Shown one piece after another: positions 49,646 through 58,614 of a stretch of DNA of 64,000 bases; the stretch's first letter is position 1; the number at the start of each line of letters is the position of its first letter. A program made the translations under genes and the position numbers. The notes below the pieces were generated by a model. That model ran no database searches and was not told where the DNA came from. It saw nothing but the letters and a program-made list of their open reading frames with translations. Source of the stretch: an uncultured Clostridia bacterium (GTDB lineage Bacteria > Bacillota > Clostridia > Christensenellales > Borkfalkiaceae); NCBI GenBank assembly GCA_947624225.1, contig CANQJF010000002.1:17347-81346 (forward strand). The letters are read 5' to 3'.

Positions 49646-50397
49646 AGACAGTCGGCCTCAAAAAATCCTTTGGAGAACTGTGCGTGCTCGACGGCGTGAG
49701 CGTGGACATCTTCGAGGGGGAGAAAGTCGTCGTCATCGGCCCCTCGGGGAGCGGGAAATCCACCTTTCTCCGATGCCTCAACCGCCTCGAAACGCCGACG
49801 GACGGCGCAATTTACTTTGAGGGCAACGAATTGACGCCCACGACCGATCTCGAAGAATACCGCAAAAAGATGGGCATGGTGTTCCAGCACTTCAACCTGT
49901 TCCCGCATCTGACGGTGCTGAAAAATATCACGCTCGCGGCCGTGGAAGCGCGGCTTCACGAAAAGAAGAAGAAAAAGCTCAAAATCTCCAAGCGGCAGAT
50001 CAAGGCCGAGGAAAAGGCACGCGCCATGAAACTCTTGACGCGCATCGGGCTCCAAGACAAGGCGGACGCCTATCCCTCCACCCTCTCGGGGGGGCAAAAA
50101 CAGCGCATTGCCATTGTGCGCGCGCTCGCCGTGGGACCCAAAGTGATGCTCTTCGACGAGCCCACCTCCGCGCTCGACCCTGAGATGGTGGGAGAAGTGC
50201 TCTCGCTGATGAAAGAGCTCGCCGACGAGGGCATGACGATGATCGTCGTGACCCATGAGATGCGGTTTGCGCGGGAAGTCGCCACGCGCGTGCTGTTCAT
50301 GGATGCGGGCAAGATCGTGGCGGACGGTCCCCCCGAAAGCATCTTCGGCGCACCCAAGGACGAACGCCTCAAAAGTTTCCTCGCAAAAGTGCTTTGA
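49612..50397 (+). CDS. Amino-acid ABC transporter ATP-binding protein (GlnQ-like)
   Basis: Walker [10 protein letters not shown], signature LSGGQKQR, Walker [12 protein letters not shown]. It carries a lysine-rich ~12-aa insertion ([14 protein letters not shown]). Confidence 0.9.
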   Translation: MQEKSTKEPLIKTVGLKKSFGELCVLDGVSVDIFEGEKVVVIGPSGSGKSTFLRCLNRLETPTDGAIYFEGNELTPTTDLEEYRKKMGMVFQHFNLFPHLTVLKNITLAAVEARLHEKKKKKLKISKRQIKAEEKARAMKLLTRIGLQDKADAYPSTLSGGQKQRIAIVRALAVGPKVMLFDEPTSALDPEMVGEVLSLMKELADEGMTMIVVTHEMRFAREVATRVLFMDAGKIVADGPPESIFGAPKDERLKSFLAKVL

Positions 50398-50420
50398 GCG
50401 CTCCCCTTTCGGACATGGTA

Positions 50421-50450
50421 CCCACCTGCCTCGTGCGAGGTGGGTTTTTT
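50421..50450 (+). terminator. Intrinsic terminator of the amino-acid ABC operon
   Basis: CCCACCTGCCTCG-tg-CGAGGTGGG followed by TTTTTT. Confidence 0.8.
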
Positions 50451-50696
50451 ATGCACATTTGCACACTCATTTTACACACTCTCTTATGCACTCTTTTTTT
50501 GCAGCGCGGCCCCGCATCTCGGAATTTGTCTAAAAATCCCGGGATTCTCCTCGCCATCTCATAATTTCCGACAAGATGCAAAAAGCACGGCGCTTGCCGT
50601 GCTTCTTTTTGGTGTGTTACGGGGAGTGCCCGAAAGAACGGGGCGTCTCCCGGTGCGGTGCGCGACGATCGCGTGCGCTTGCCGCGGCCTCGGAAC

Positions 50697-51221
50697 TTAC
50701 TTGCCGAAATAGCGTTTGAGCAGGCCCTTGAACCCTGCACCGTGGCGGGCTTCATCCTTGGCCATCTCGTGCACGGTGTCGTGAATGGCGTCATAGCCGA
50801 GCTCTTTCGCGCGCTTTGCAAGCATCAGCTTGCCCTCGCACGCACCCGCTTCGGCGGCCGCACGGAGTTCGAGATTCTTCTTCGTGGAATCGGTGACGAC
50901 CTCGCCCAACAGTTCGGCGAACTTGGATGCGTGATCGGCTTCCTCATAGGCATAGCGCTTGTAGGCCTCGGCGATCTCGGGATACCCCTCCCGCTCGGCG
51001 ACGCGCGCCATGGCAAGGTACATGCCCACCTCGCAACACTCGCCGTTGAAGTTGGCGCGGAGCCCATCCATCACTTCCTTGTCCTCGACGATGCCGTCGC
51101 CGACATGGTGCTCGCAGGCAAATGCCTTCTCCTCGATGGGTTCAAACTTTCTTGCTTTGCAGACAGGGCAGACCTCGCAATCGTCGGGTACGATCTCGCC
51201 GCATACAGCACAACGTTTCAT
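50697..51221 (-). CDS. Reverse rubrerythrin (N-terminal rubredoxin-like CxxC pairs plus a ferritin-like domain)
   Basis: [21 protein letters not shown], then EEADH and DEARH di-iron motifs. Confidence 0.85.
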   Translation of the reverse strand: MKRCAVCGEIVPDDCEVCPVCKARKFEPIEEKAFACEHHVGDGIVEDKEVMDGLRANFNGECCEVGMYLAMARVAEREGYPEIAEAYKRYAYEEADHASKFAELLGEVVTDSTKKNLELRAAAEAGACEGKLMLAKRAKELGYDAIHDTVHEMAKDEARHGAGFKGLLKRYFGK

Positions 51222-51336
51222 ATTGTTATCTCCTCCTAAGAAATCTTAACCGTATTATATCACAATCCGCCGCGGATAGCAACGGCTTTCCCGAAATTTT
51301 TCTCCGATTTTTTTGGGGAAACGCTACGGGCTATCC

Positions 51337-51978
51337 TCACAATAACTCCGACAAAATCTCTCGCAGTTCTTGGGGATCGCGGGCAAAGCGCCTTGCGCCC
51401 GCCGCCTCCAAAACTTCCCGCTTGCGATATCCCCAGAGCACGGAGACGGGTACCATGCCCGCGTTCAGGGCCGTCACAACGTCTGTTTCGCCGTCCCCGA
51501 CAAAGATGCTCTTCCCGAGAGGGACGCGCATCGTGAGCGCGGCATAGCGCGTCAGCGAGGGGTCGGGCTTACACGGGAACGAGCCGTCGTCCCCGCCGAT
51601 GAAGTCAAAGATGCCGGGATAGAAGCGCGCCATCAGCTTTTCCGTGGAGGGCTGCAATTTGTTGGTCACGACCGCCAGCTTCACGCCGCGCGCTTTGAGC
51701 CATGCGAGCAGTTCCTGCATGCCCGCATACGGCAGGGTCAGCACACTCTCCGAGGCATTGTAATAGGCCGCAAACAGCGCAAGCAGTTTTTCGTGGTCCC
51801 CCGCGGGCGCCGCGCGTTCGACCAACCTCCGCGCCCCGTTGCCCACATAGGAGACCGTCTCCTCGTAGCTCACGGGAGAAAATCCGCAGTCCGCAAGGGC
51901 ACGGTTGAGCGCACTTTGAATGTCGGGCACGGTGTCGAGCAGGGTGCCGTCAAGATCGAAAAATACCGCGGCCATCAC
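51337..51978 (-). CDS. HAD-IA hydrolase (phosphoglycolate phosphatase-like)
   Basis: FFDLDGTLLDT, VVTNK and VGDGETDV motifs. Confidence 0.8.
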   Translation of the reverse strand: MMAAVFFDLDGTLLDTVPDIQSALNRALADCGFSPVSYEETVSYVGNGARRLVERAAPAGDHEKLLALFAAYYNASESVLTLPYAGMQELLAWLKARGVKLAVVTNKLQPSTEKLMARFYPGIFDFIGGDDGSFPCKPDPSLTRYAALTMRVPLGKSIFVGDGETDVVTALNAGMVPVSVLWGYRKREVLEAAGARRFARDPQELREILSELL

Positions 51979-53666
51979 ATTTTATCGGGCACGCCGATGC
52001 CGAGGAGCGTCAAGGCGTTGGTGAGCACGGCGAGCGCCGCATCGCACAGTTTGAGACGGAATGCCCGGAGCGCCTCCGTCTCCGCCTGCATGATCTTGCA
52101 ATCGATGTAAAATTTATTAAACTTCTGTGCCGTCCCGACGGCATAGCGCGCAATGACGGAGGGCTCGTAGGTCGCTGCCGCCGTTTTGACGGTGTCGGGG
52201 AACTCCGCGAGCGCCTTGATGAGCTCAAACTCCGCGGGGCAGAGCTCGCACACTTGGGCATCCGCATAGCCGATCCCTCCCTCCGCGGCTTTCGTTAGAA
52301 CGGAACGGGCGCGCGCACATGTGTATTGCACATATACGCTCGTCTCTCCGTCAAAGTTAAGAGCCTTGTCGTAGGAAAAAACGATGTCCTTGATCTTGTT
52401 GTTGTAGAGTGCGCCGAACACGACGGCTCCCACGCCCACTTTCTCGGCGACATCCTCCTTGTTTTCGAGGGCGGGATTCTTCTCCTCCAAGACGGCCGCC
52501 GCTTTCTCCACACAGCGGCTGAGCACATCTTCCAGCCAAACCACTTTCCCCTTTCTCGTGGACATGGCCCCGTCTTCGAGGCTCACCATGCCGTAAGCGA
52601 CATGCACGAGGTCCTTTGCCCAGGGCTCGCCCATGAGCTCGATGACCTTGAAGAGCTGTTTGAAGTGCAGATTTTGCTGGTACGCGACGACGTAGAGGCA
52701 CTTGTCGAAATCATAGGTCCTCTTGCGGTAAAAGGCCGCGGCGAGATCGCGCGTGGCATAGAGGGACGCGCCGTCCGAACGCAGCACGATGAATGGCGGC
52801 ATCCCATACTGTTCAAGGTCGACGACCTGTGCTCCCCGGCTCTCCACGAGCAGCCCCTTGGCTTTGAGTTCATCGATGACGGGCTGCATCTTGTCGATGT
52901 AGAAGCGCTCGCCCGCGTAACTGTCGAAAGTGATGTGCAGGCGGTCGTAAATTTTTTGGACATACGCCATCGTGAGCGACTTGAACCAATCGAAAAGCTC
53001 GTTCGCCTCGCGGTCCCCACTCTCGATGAGGCGGAAATATTCGCGCGCCTCGGCCTGCATCTCCTCCGTGGCCTCCTCGTTGAAGCGCACGTAGAGGGCG
53101 TTGATGGCGTGAATGCCCCCCTCCTCTACCTCCTCGCGCTTGCCCCAATGCTTGTAGGCCGAGATGAGCTTGCCGAACTGTGTGCCGTAATCGCCAAGAT
53201 GGTTGATGCCCACAACCGTGTAGCCGAGGGCCTTGAAGATGCGGTAGAGACTGCCGCCGAGCACCGTCGTGGAGAGGTGCCCGATGTGGAAAGGCTTGGC
53301 AATGTTGACCGACGAATAGTCGATGCAGACGGTTTTGCCCCTACCCATGTCCGAGGCCCCATATTGGCTTTTCTCCTCTAAGATGCGGGCGAGCGTCTCC
53401 TCGGCGAGGCGCTCTTTGCCGATGCGGAAGTTGAGATATCCGTTCACCGCCACCACCTCGGGGATGACCTCGTCGGTGGGATAGGCCGCCGCGAGTTCCT
53501 CCGCGATCTTCGCGGGGGGCTTCCTCATGAGCTTCGCAAATTTGAAGCAGGGGAGGGCGTAATCGCCGAGTGCGGTATCGGGGGGAATGGCGATGGCCGC
53601 CGCGATCTCTTCCTCCCCCATGCCCTCCACGGGGAGGCGCGCCGCGATGTATGCTCTGTAATCCAT
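51975..53666 (-). CDS. argS: Arginine--tRNA ligase
   Basis: 563 aa: HIGH-type PFHIGHL, MSTRKG, and a DALR anticodon-binding C-terminus. Confidence 0.95.
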   Translation of the reverse strand: MDYRAYIAARLPVEGMGEEEIAAAIAIPPDTALGDYALPCFKFAKLMRKPPAKIAEELAAAYPTDEVIPEVVAVNGYLNFRIGKERLAEETLARILEEKSQYGASDMGRGKTVCIDYSSVNIAKPFHIGHLSTTVLGGSLYRIFKALGYTVVGINHLGDYGTQFGKLISAYKHWGKREEVEEGGIHAINALYVRFNEEATEEMQAEAREYFRLIESGDREANELFDWFKSLTMAYVQKIYDRLHITFDSYAGERFYIDKMQPVIDELKAKGLLVESRGAQVVDLEQYGMPPFIVLRSDGASLYATRDLAAAFYRKRTYDFDKCLYVVAYQQNLHFKQLFKVIELMGEPWAKDLVHVAYGMVSLEDGAMSTRKGKVVWLEDVLSRCVEKAAAVLEEKNPALENKEDVAEKVGVGAVVFGALYNNKIKDIVFSYDKALNFDGETSVYVQYTCARARSVLTKAAEGGIGYADAQVCELCPAEFELIKALAEFPDTVKTAAATYEPSVIARYAVGTAQKFNKFYIDCKIMQAETEALRAFRLKLCDAALAVLTNALTLLGIGVPDKM

Positions 53667-53816
53667 AGACGTGTGTACTCCTTTTCGCGACTATTCTACC
53701 ACAATTCCCGAAATCAAGCAACCGAAAGGCTTGATGTTTGCGGAAAAAAGTTGTATAATGAGGAAAGAAATGCAAAGCTTTCCCGCGGGCAAGCGGCGGG
53801 AAAAGGAGTTTTTACC

Positions 53817-54917
53817 ATGAAATTAGGTGTCGTAGGATTGCCCAACGTCGGCAAATCCACGCTGTTCAACGCCATCACCCGTGCGGGCGCCGAAGCCGCC
53901 AACTATCCCTTTTGCACCATCGAGCCCAATGTGGGCGTCGTGGCCGTGCCCGATGAACGCCTCGACAAGCTCGCCGCCCTCTATGCGAGCAAGAAAGTGA
54001 CGCCCGCCGTCGTGGAATTTGTCGACATCGCCGGTCTTGTCAAGGGCGCCAGCCGCGGGGAGGGGCTCGGCAACAAGTTCCTCTCCCACATCCGCGAGGT
54101 GGACGCCATCGTGCACGTCGTGAGATGCTTTGAGGACGCCAACGTGACGCACGTCGAGAACACGGTGGACCCCGTCCGCGACATCACGACCATCAATCTG
54201 GAACTCATTCTTGCCGACCTCGAAGCCGTCGACAAGCGGCGCGACCGCATCCGTAACGCCGCCCGCGGGGGAGCAGACAAGGCCGCCGCGGCGGAGTTTG
54301 CGTTCCTCGATAAGCTCTACCGTCATCTCGAAGAGGAGCAGCCCGCTTCGTCGCTCGACGTAACGGAAGAGGAACAGGCCCTGCTCGACAACCTCTTCCT
54401 GCTCTCTTCCAAGCCCGTCATCTATTGCGCGAACATCTCCGAAGCGGACATGGGTATCCCCGAAGATGCGCTTCCCCTCGTGCAGGCGGTGAAAACGTAT
54501 GCGAGCGCCCACGGTGCGGAGACCATCGTCGTCTGTGCCAAGACGGAGGCCGAGCTCGCTGAGCTGTCGGATGAGGACAAGGCGGTATTTTTGGAGGAAT
54601 TCGGACTCAAAGAGAGCGGGCTCTCAAAGCTCATCAAGGCGTCGTATTCCCTCCTCGGGCTCATTTCCTACCTCACCGCGGGCGAGAAAGAGACGCGCGC
54701 ATGGACCATCGTGAAGGGCACCAAGGCGCCGCAAGCCGCCGGGAAGATCCACACCGACTTCGAAAAGGGTTTTATCCGCGCGGAGGTCGTGGACTATGAG
54801 ACCCTCCTCGAATGCGGCGGGCTCACGGGCGCGCGCGAAAAGGGCAAGGTGCGCTCGGAGGGCAAGGACTATGTGATGAAAGACGGCGACGTCGTTCTTT
54901 TCCGCTTCAACGTGTGA
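53817..54917 (+). CDS. ychF: Redox-regulated/ribosome-binding ATPase YchF
   Basis: From ATG 53817 (AAGGAG RBS): MKLGVVGLPNVGKSTLFNAIT...; the C-terminal TGS domain ends DGDVVLFRFNV. Confidence 0.95.
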   Translation: MKLGVVGLPNVGKSTLFNAITRAGAEAANYPFCTIEPNVGVVAVPDERLDKLAALYASKKVTPAVVEFVDIAGLVKGASRGEGLGNKFLSHIREVDAIVHVVRCFEDANVTHVENTVDPVRDITTINLELILADLEAVDKRRDRIRNAARGGADKAAAAEFAFLDKLYRHLEEEQPASSLDVTEEEQALLDNLFLLSSKPVIYCANISEADMGIPEDALPLVQAVKTYASAHGAETIVVCAKTEAELAELSDEDKAVFLEEFGLKESGLSKLIKASYSLLGLISYLTAGEKETRAWTIVKGTKAPQAAGKIHTDFEKGFIRAEVVDYETLLECGGLTGAREKGKVRSEGKDYVMKDGDVVLFRFNV

Positions 54918-54997
54918 CGGCATTCCCCCCTACCATGTCTGAAAGACGCACGAAGAAAACATCCGAATAGCACAAGCGGACGGCCTCGCCGTTCGCT

Positions 54998-55189
54998 TTA
55001 TTCTTTGATGAACACGATGATATCCTCCACGCGGCAATCGAGGATCTTGCAAAAATCATCTATTTTTGCTGTGCTGATCCCGTTGCCTTTTTTCATGCGA
55101 TCAATCGTCGCACTGCTAATGCCGTACCTCTGAATTAAGGTATAGGTCGATATTTTTTTTGCTTTTGAGTGTTTCCCAAAATGGCCCAT
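54998..55189 (-). CDS. Small XRE-family HTH regulator
   Basis: From ATG 55189: MGHFGKHSKAKKISTYTLIQRYGISSATIDRMKKGNGISTAKIDDFCKILDCRVEDII. Confidence 0.65.
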   Translation of the reverse strand: MGHFGKHSKAKKISTYTLIQRYGISSATIDRMKKGNGISTAKIDDFCKILDCRVEDIIVFIKE

Positions 55190-55982
55190 ACTTCGATTGG
55201 AAGCCGTGCATTCGAGAATTGCTATAAAATCATCGAAGTATGGAATCATTCCGAATTACCAATCGCACTCGCTTCAAGTGATTACGGCAGTATAGCTATA
55301 TTTGCAAAACATGTCTACACAGGAGAGGAGAAAGGATGCCAAACGGTAACCCAAGATGGCTATCGGTTCTACGAAGATGGAAATGAGAACTATCTTCTCG
55401 CTTACTACGGCAATGAAACGGAACTGACCCTCCCCCAAAAGAGCCCGAACGGAAAGCCCTATGAAATCTATCAGCGTGCATTCTATCAGTGTAGCAATTT
55501 GACAAGCGTGGTGATTCCCAACTGCGTGACTATAATCGGATATGGCGCATTTACGGGTTGCGGCAGCTTGACGAGCATTTGAGATTCCCGATAGCGTGAC
55601 CTCGATCGGAAGTGAAGCGTTCTCAGCTTGTATCAGCTTGACGAGCATTGAAATTCCCGAAGGTGTTACTTCAATTGAGAACGGTACGTTCTATCGGTGC
55701 GAGGGTCTCACGAGCATTACCATTCCCGACAGCGTAAAATGGATCTGGGCTGAGGCGTTCTTAAATTGCAGAAGTTTGACGAGCGTTTACTACAAGGGAA
55801 CGCCCGACAAATGGAGTAAAATTCTCATTCACAACTCTAATAGCGGTTTCACCGATGCTACCCGTTATTATTTTTCCGAGGAAGCGCCCGATGAGGCGAA
55901 GTGGCAGGAGAGCAAAAATTGGTGGCACTATGATGCCGACGGAGAAATTGTCATTTGGAAAAAGTCCGATGCTGTTTCGTGA
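55169..55982 (+). pseudogene. Remnant of a BspA-type LRR protein gene (5'-truncated, +1 frameshift at about 55580)
   Basis: There is no signal peptide and the 5' end overlaps the XRE gene. The reading frame breaks at agcatTTTgag (LTSI*), but shifting one base restores ...SIEIPDSVTSIGSEAF... The C-terminal end resembles that of 32527-35532. Confidence 0.7.
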
Positions 55983-56057
55983 AAGCAATAAAGCAGAGGC
56001 CTTTGGTCGAAAATGACGGATGCTTTGCGGGCATGGTCCCATTTGAGTGTGTGAAAA

Positions 56058-56092
56058 GCCCCCGCGGCAGAATGGCCGCGGGGGTGATTTTT
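56058..56092 (+). terminator. Intrinsic terminator after the BspA remnant
   Basis: GCCCCCGCGGC-cagaat-GGCCGCGGGGGT followed by GATTTTT. Confidence 0.7.
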
Positions 56093-56099
56093 CTGTTGA

Positions 56100-56165
56100 A
56101 CGGACTTCGTTTGAGGGGATACACTCAAAGGGCGTTGCCCTTTTCGGTATGACAGTGGGGAACAA
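56100..56165 (-). repeat. Bipartite intergenic repeat, copy B (inverted relative to 7760-7889, 17-nt filler)
   Basis: ACGGACTTCGTTTGAGGGGATACACTC (56100-56126) is the reverse complement of 7863-7889. TCGGTATGACAGTGGGGAACAA (56144-56165) matches the reverse complement of 7760-7782 at about 19/22 positions. The filler is the palindrome AAAGGGC-gtt-GCCCTTT. Confidence 0.75.
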
Positions 56166-56206
56166 TGCCTCGGGCGGGCGGAATGGCGGGAGGGCCAGCG
56201 GAGAGG

Positions 56207-56452
56207 CTACTCGCCGATCTCCTCTCCCAACGCGCGAAAAACATCCGTATCGAAAAATTCGGCAATGGAAATGCCCAGCCCGTCACAGAGCATTTTCAGC
56301 GTGACGACGCCGGGATTTACACTTTTTCCATACAGGATATTTTTGATCGTGGAGGGCGGAACGGATGACGCGATGGCCAATGCGTGAACCGACATCCTCC
56401 TCTCCCCGAGGAGCCCAAGCAACCGTTCCTTGACAGCAGAATACGTTTTCAT
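56207..56452 (-). CDS. XRE-family HTH regulator
   Basis: 81 aa. LLGLLGERRMSVHALAIASSVPPSTIKNILYGKS is a Cro/C1 HTH. Confidence 0.8.
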   Translation of the reverse strand: MKTYSAVKERLLGLLGERRMSVHALAIASSVPPSTIKNILYGKSVNPGVVTLKMLCDGLGISIAEFFDTDVFRALGEEIGE

Positions 56453-56485
56453 TGTTTTCCTGCATCAAATGTATCACAAAAACAC

Positions 56486-56531
56486 TTGACAAAGTGGGCT
56501 ATATATGATACAATTTGTCTAAATATAGCCC
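56486..56531 (+). promoter_or_regulatory. Consensus promoter bracketed by a 9-bp inverted repeat (operator)
   Basis: TTGACA (56486-56491), 17-nt spacer, TACAAT (56509-56514). GGGCTATAT (56496-56504) pairs with ATATAGCCC (56523-56531). Confidence 0.6.
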
Positions 56532-56547
56532 ATGATGAGAGAAAACA

Positions 56548-56799
56548 ATGAACGATGAAATGATGCGTGAATTTTTAAAGATGGTGGCAAAAAAATTAGC
56601 GGAGGATTCGGAGATGGACGGCCCAAAAGCGCCACCTGTGACAGTGGGAGATATCCTGCTCGACTTTAAGATTTTTGCAAATGATGTTTATGAAGGGAGG
56701 GTAACGGAGGAGGACGAAGATTCCTTGGTAGTCGTCTTTCGAAACGGTCAAAAATTTCGCGTTACCATAAGAGAGATCAAAATGAAATTATCCGAATGA
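56548..56799 (+). CDS. Small acidic hypothetical protein, divergent from the XRE gene
   Basis: 83 aa, MNDEMMREFLKMVAKKLAEDSEMDG... I recognise no family. Confidence 0.5.
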   Translation: MNDEMMREFLKMVAKKLAEDSEMDGPKAPPVTVGDILLDFKIFANDVYEGRVTEEDEDSLVVVFRNGQKFRVTIREIKMKLSE

Positions 56800-56841
56800 G
56801 GAAACGCCGCCGAGAGAGACACTCGGCGGCGCTGGTTTTTT

Positions 56842-57501
56842 CTATTGTTTTATCACGGTTGTGTGCTGTTTTACGATACAGTTTTCGGGGTAACAGCCGC
56901 GGCAGAGGGTGAGGGGATAGACCGTCGCGTTGCGGCCGACCACCGTCCCCGGGCACAGCACAGCGTTGCAGCCCACTTCGACGCCGTCCCCCAAAAACGC
57001 GCCGCACTTTTTCAGCCCCGTGTCCGCTTTTGCATCGTCCGCGCGGATGAGAACGCGCCCGCGGTCCGCCCGAAGATTGGAGGTCACCGCCCCCGCTCCG
57101 AGATGCGCGCGATAGCCCAAAATGCTGTCGCCGACATAGTTGAAGTGGGGCACCTGCACGCCGTCGAACAGAATGCAGTTTTTGAGCTCGGAGGAATTGC
57201 CGACCACACAATTTTTGCCCACGAGCACGCTCCCGCGGACGAATGCGCCCGTCCGCACTTCGCTCCCCTCTCCGATGACGGCGGGACCGATAATCGTGGC
57301 CGTCGGCGCAACTTTGGCGGCGCGGTGGACGTAAACGCCCCCACCCATGTCCGCGAAGTCGTCGTCAAAACGTAAATTTTCCAAAAAATCTTTGAGCCCC
57401 GCGAGCGCTTCCCACGGGTAGAAAAATTCTTCGAGATATGCCTCTGCCGCCGTATGGCGTAAATCAAAGAGCGCCGAAATTTTGCAATCCGAAATGTTCA
57501 T
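56842..57501 (-). CDS. Left-handed beta-helix (hexapeptide) transferase, GlmU C-terminal-domain-like
   Basis: From ATG 57501: MNISDCKISALFDL... with hexapeptide repeats (IIGPAVIGEGSEVRTGAFVRGSVLVGKNCVVGNSSELKNCILFDGVQV). Confidence 0.7.
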   Translation of the reverse strand: MNISDCKISALFDLRHTAAEAYLEEFFYPWEALAGLKDFLENLRFDDDFADMGGGVYVHRAAKVAPTATIIGPAVIGEGSEVRTGAFVRGSVLVGKNCVVGNSSELKNCILFDGVQVPHFNYVGDSILGYRAHLGAGAVTSNLRADRGRVLIRADDAKADTGLKKCGAFLGDGVEVGCNAVLCPGTVVGRNATVYPLTLCRGCYPENCIVKQHTTVIKQ

Positions 57502-57602
57502 AGTCCATTGTATGCGGCCCGCCTTCCTCCTGCCTCTTTTATTTTCCACTCTGTTTTCAATGCGCGCTTCTGCGGCGCGACGGAAATATGGGCGCACCTC
57601 AG

Positions 57603-57637
57603 ACGGAAAGAAACCCGACGTTGAAAAACGTCGGGCC
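57603..57637 (-). terminator. Intrinsic terminator after two small minus-strand ORFs
   Basis: Minus strand: CCCGACG-tttttcaa-CGTCGGG followed by TTTCTTTCC. Confidence 0.6.
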
Positions 57638-57684
57638 TCAAAATTTTCCCTTCACAATGCCGCAACCATTTTGCGGCGCTCGGC

Positions 57685-57807
57685 CTACGACTGTCCCGTC
57701 GAGGCGATATCTTCGTCGTCGCGCTCCTCGCTGTCCGGCATGATCATGCAGTAGTGCGGGTTGTGCGCATAAGTTACATCTCTTTCGCGTTTGTTTTTCT
57801 TTGCCAT
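57685..57807 (-). CDS. Possible 40-aa ORF (MAKKNKRERDVTYAHNPHYCMIMPDSEERDDEDIASTGQS)
   Basis: Found by manual translation; it is below the ORF-track cutoff and has no clear RBS. Confidence 0.25.
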   Translation of the reverse strand: MAKKNKRERDVTYAHNPHYCMIMPDSEERDDEDIASTGQS

Positions 57808-57838
57808 CTCGCTGAAAGTATGCGCAAAGACGAAAAAA

Positions 57839-57985
57839 TTATTCCTTTTCCTTGGTTTCCTTCTCTTCGTCGGGGTCGTTGCCCGTCATCTCCGCAATGG
57901 CTTCCCGCTCGCGGCGGACGCGTTCTTCTTCGCGTTTTTGCGCGTCACGGCCAATGCGTTCGGCCTTTACTTTCTTATCTTCCAT
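57839..57985 (-). CDS. Possible 48-aa highly charged protein (MEDKKVKAERIGRDAQKREEERVRREREAIAEMTGNDPDEEKETKEKE)
   Basis: Found by manual translation. A GGAGG sits 7 nt upstream of ATG 57985. It is downstream of the cotF-like pair. Confidence 0.35.
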   Translation of the reverse strand: MEDKKVKAERIGRDAQKREEERVRREREAIAEMTGNDPDEEKETKEKE

Positions 57986-58039
57986 CCAAGCGCCTCCGAG
58001 CTGTCTTGTGAAAGATTATACCTTTTCCCCCGCCGCTTG

Positions 58040-58339
58040 TCAAGCACTTGCCGTGGACATCTGCTTTTTTGCCTTGGAAAATTTTTCCGCGTTTTGATCG
58101 ATCATCATCTTGGGCGCGGGCTGCACTTCATAGTATCCGCGCGAAAGCATCTGTTCAAAGACAGAAAATTGCGTCTTTTCGTGGGCCGTATAATTTTTGA
58201 GGATCTCCTTGCGAAATGCCGTGCTGCTGCCCTCCGTGAGCGCCACGGAGTAGTAATTCATGAGAAGTTTTTCGATGTCGAGCATGTCTTGCAGGGCATC
58301 TTTCTCCGAAAGCATGATATCCTTTTTCGACTGTTTCAT
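58040..58339 (-). CDS. Spore coat protein F (CotF)-like protein
   Basis: 99 aa. LSEKDALQDMLDIEKLLMNYYSVALTEGSS..FRKEILKNYT is typical of the Coat_F domain. Confidence 0.7.
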   Translation of the reverse strand: MKQSKKDIMLSEKDALQDMLDIEKLLMNYYSVALTEGSSTAFRKEILKNYTAHEKTQFSVFEQMLSRGYYEVQPAPKMMIDQNAEKFSKAKKQMSTASA

Positions 58340-58530
58340 CCCTTCCCTCCCAACAAATGGAAGAGCGCTTCGAAGCGCTGCTCGTGTTGCATCGCGACCT
58401 CATTCATCGTCTCGGCGAGCGCCGCGTCGGTGAGCGTGTTGGCGTAAATGCGCGCCTTTTTGCATGCCATTTCCTCTCCCGTGAGAACGTGCGTCAGAAC
58501 ATCCAGATCTTTTGCGGTCAGATTGGTCAT
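58336..58530 (-). CDS. Small protein co-transcribed with the cotF-like gene
   Basis: From ATG 58530 (GGAGG RBS): MTNLTAKDLDVLTHVLTGEEMACKKARIYANTLTD... Its stop overlaps the cotF-like start. Confidence 0.5.
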   Translation of the reverse strand: MTNLTAKDLDVLTHVLTGEEMACKKARIYANTLTDAALAETMNEVAMQHEQRFEALFHLLGGKG

Positions 58531-58614
58531 AAAAATACCTCCTTGCATGTTTTTTGGCCCATGCGAGAGGTTTTTATACACGCTTTTTGAGGCTATATTG
58601 CGGACATGGGTGGC

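Noticed and set aside
22882-55582. The three single-base frame disruptions (TetR about 22950, MATE about 37090, BspA remnant about 55580) as programmed frameshifts
   Set aside because: There is no slippery heptamer or stimulatory structure. Two of the three lie at short homopolymer runs. Sequencing indels or ordinary pseudogenisation are more likely, so they are reported as such.
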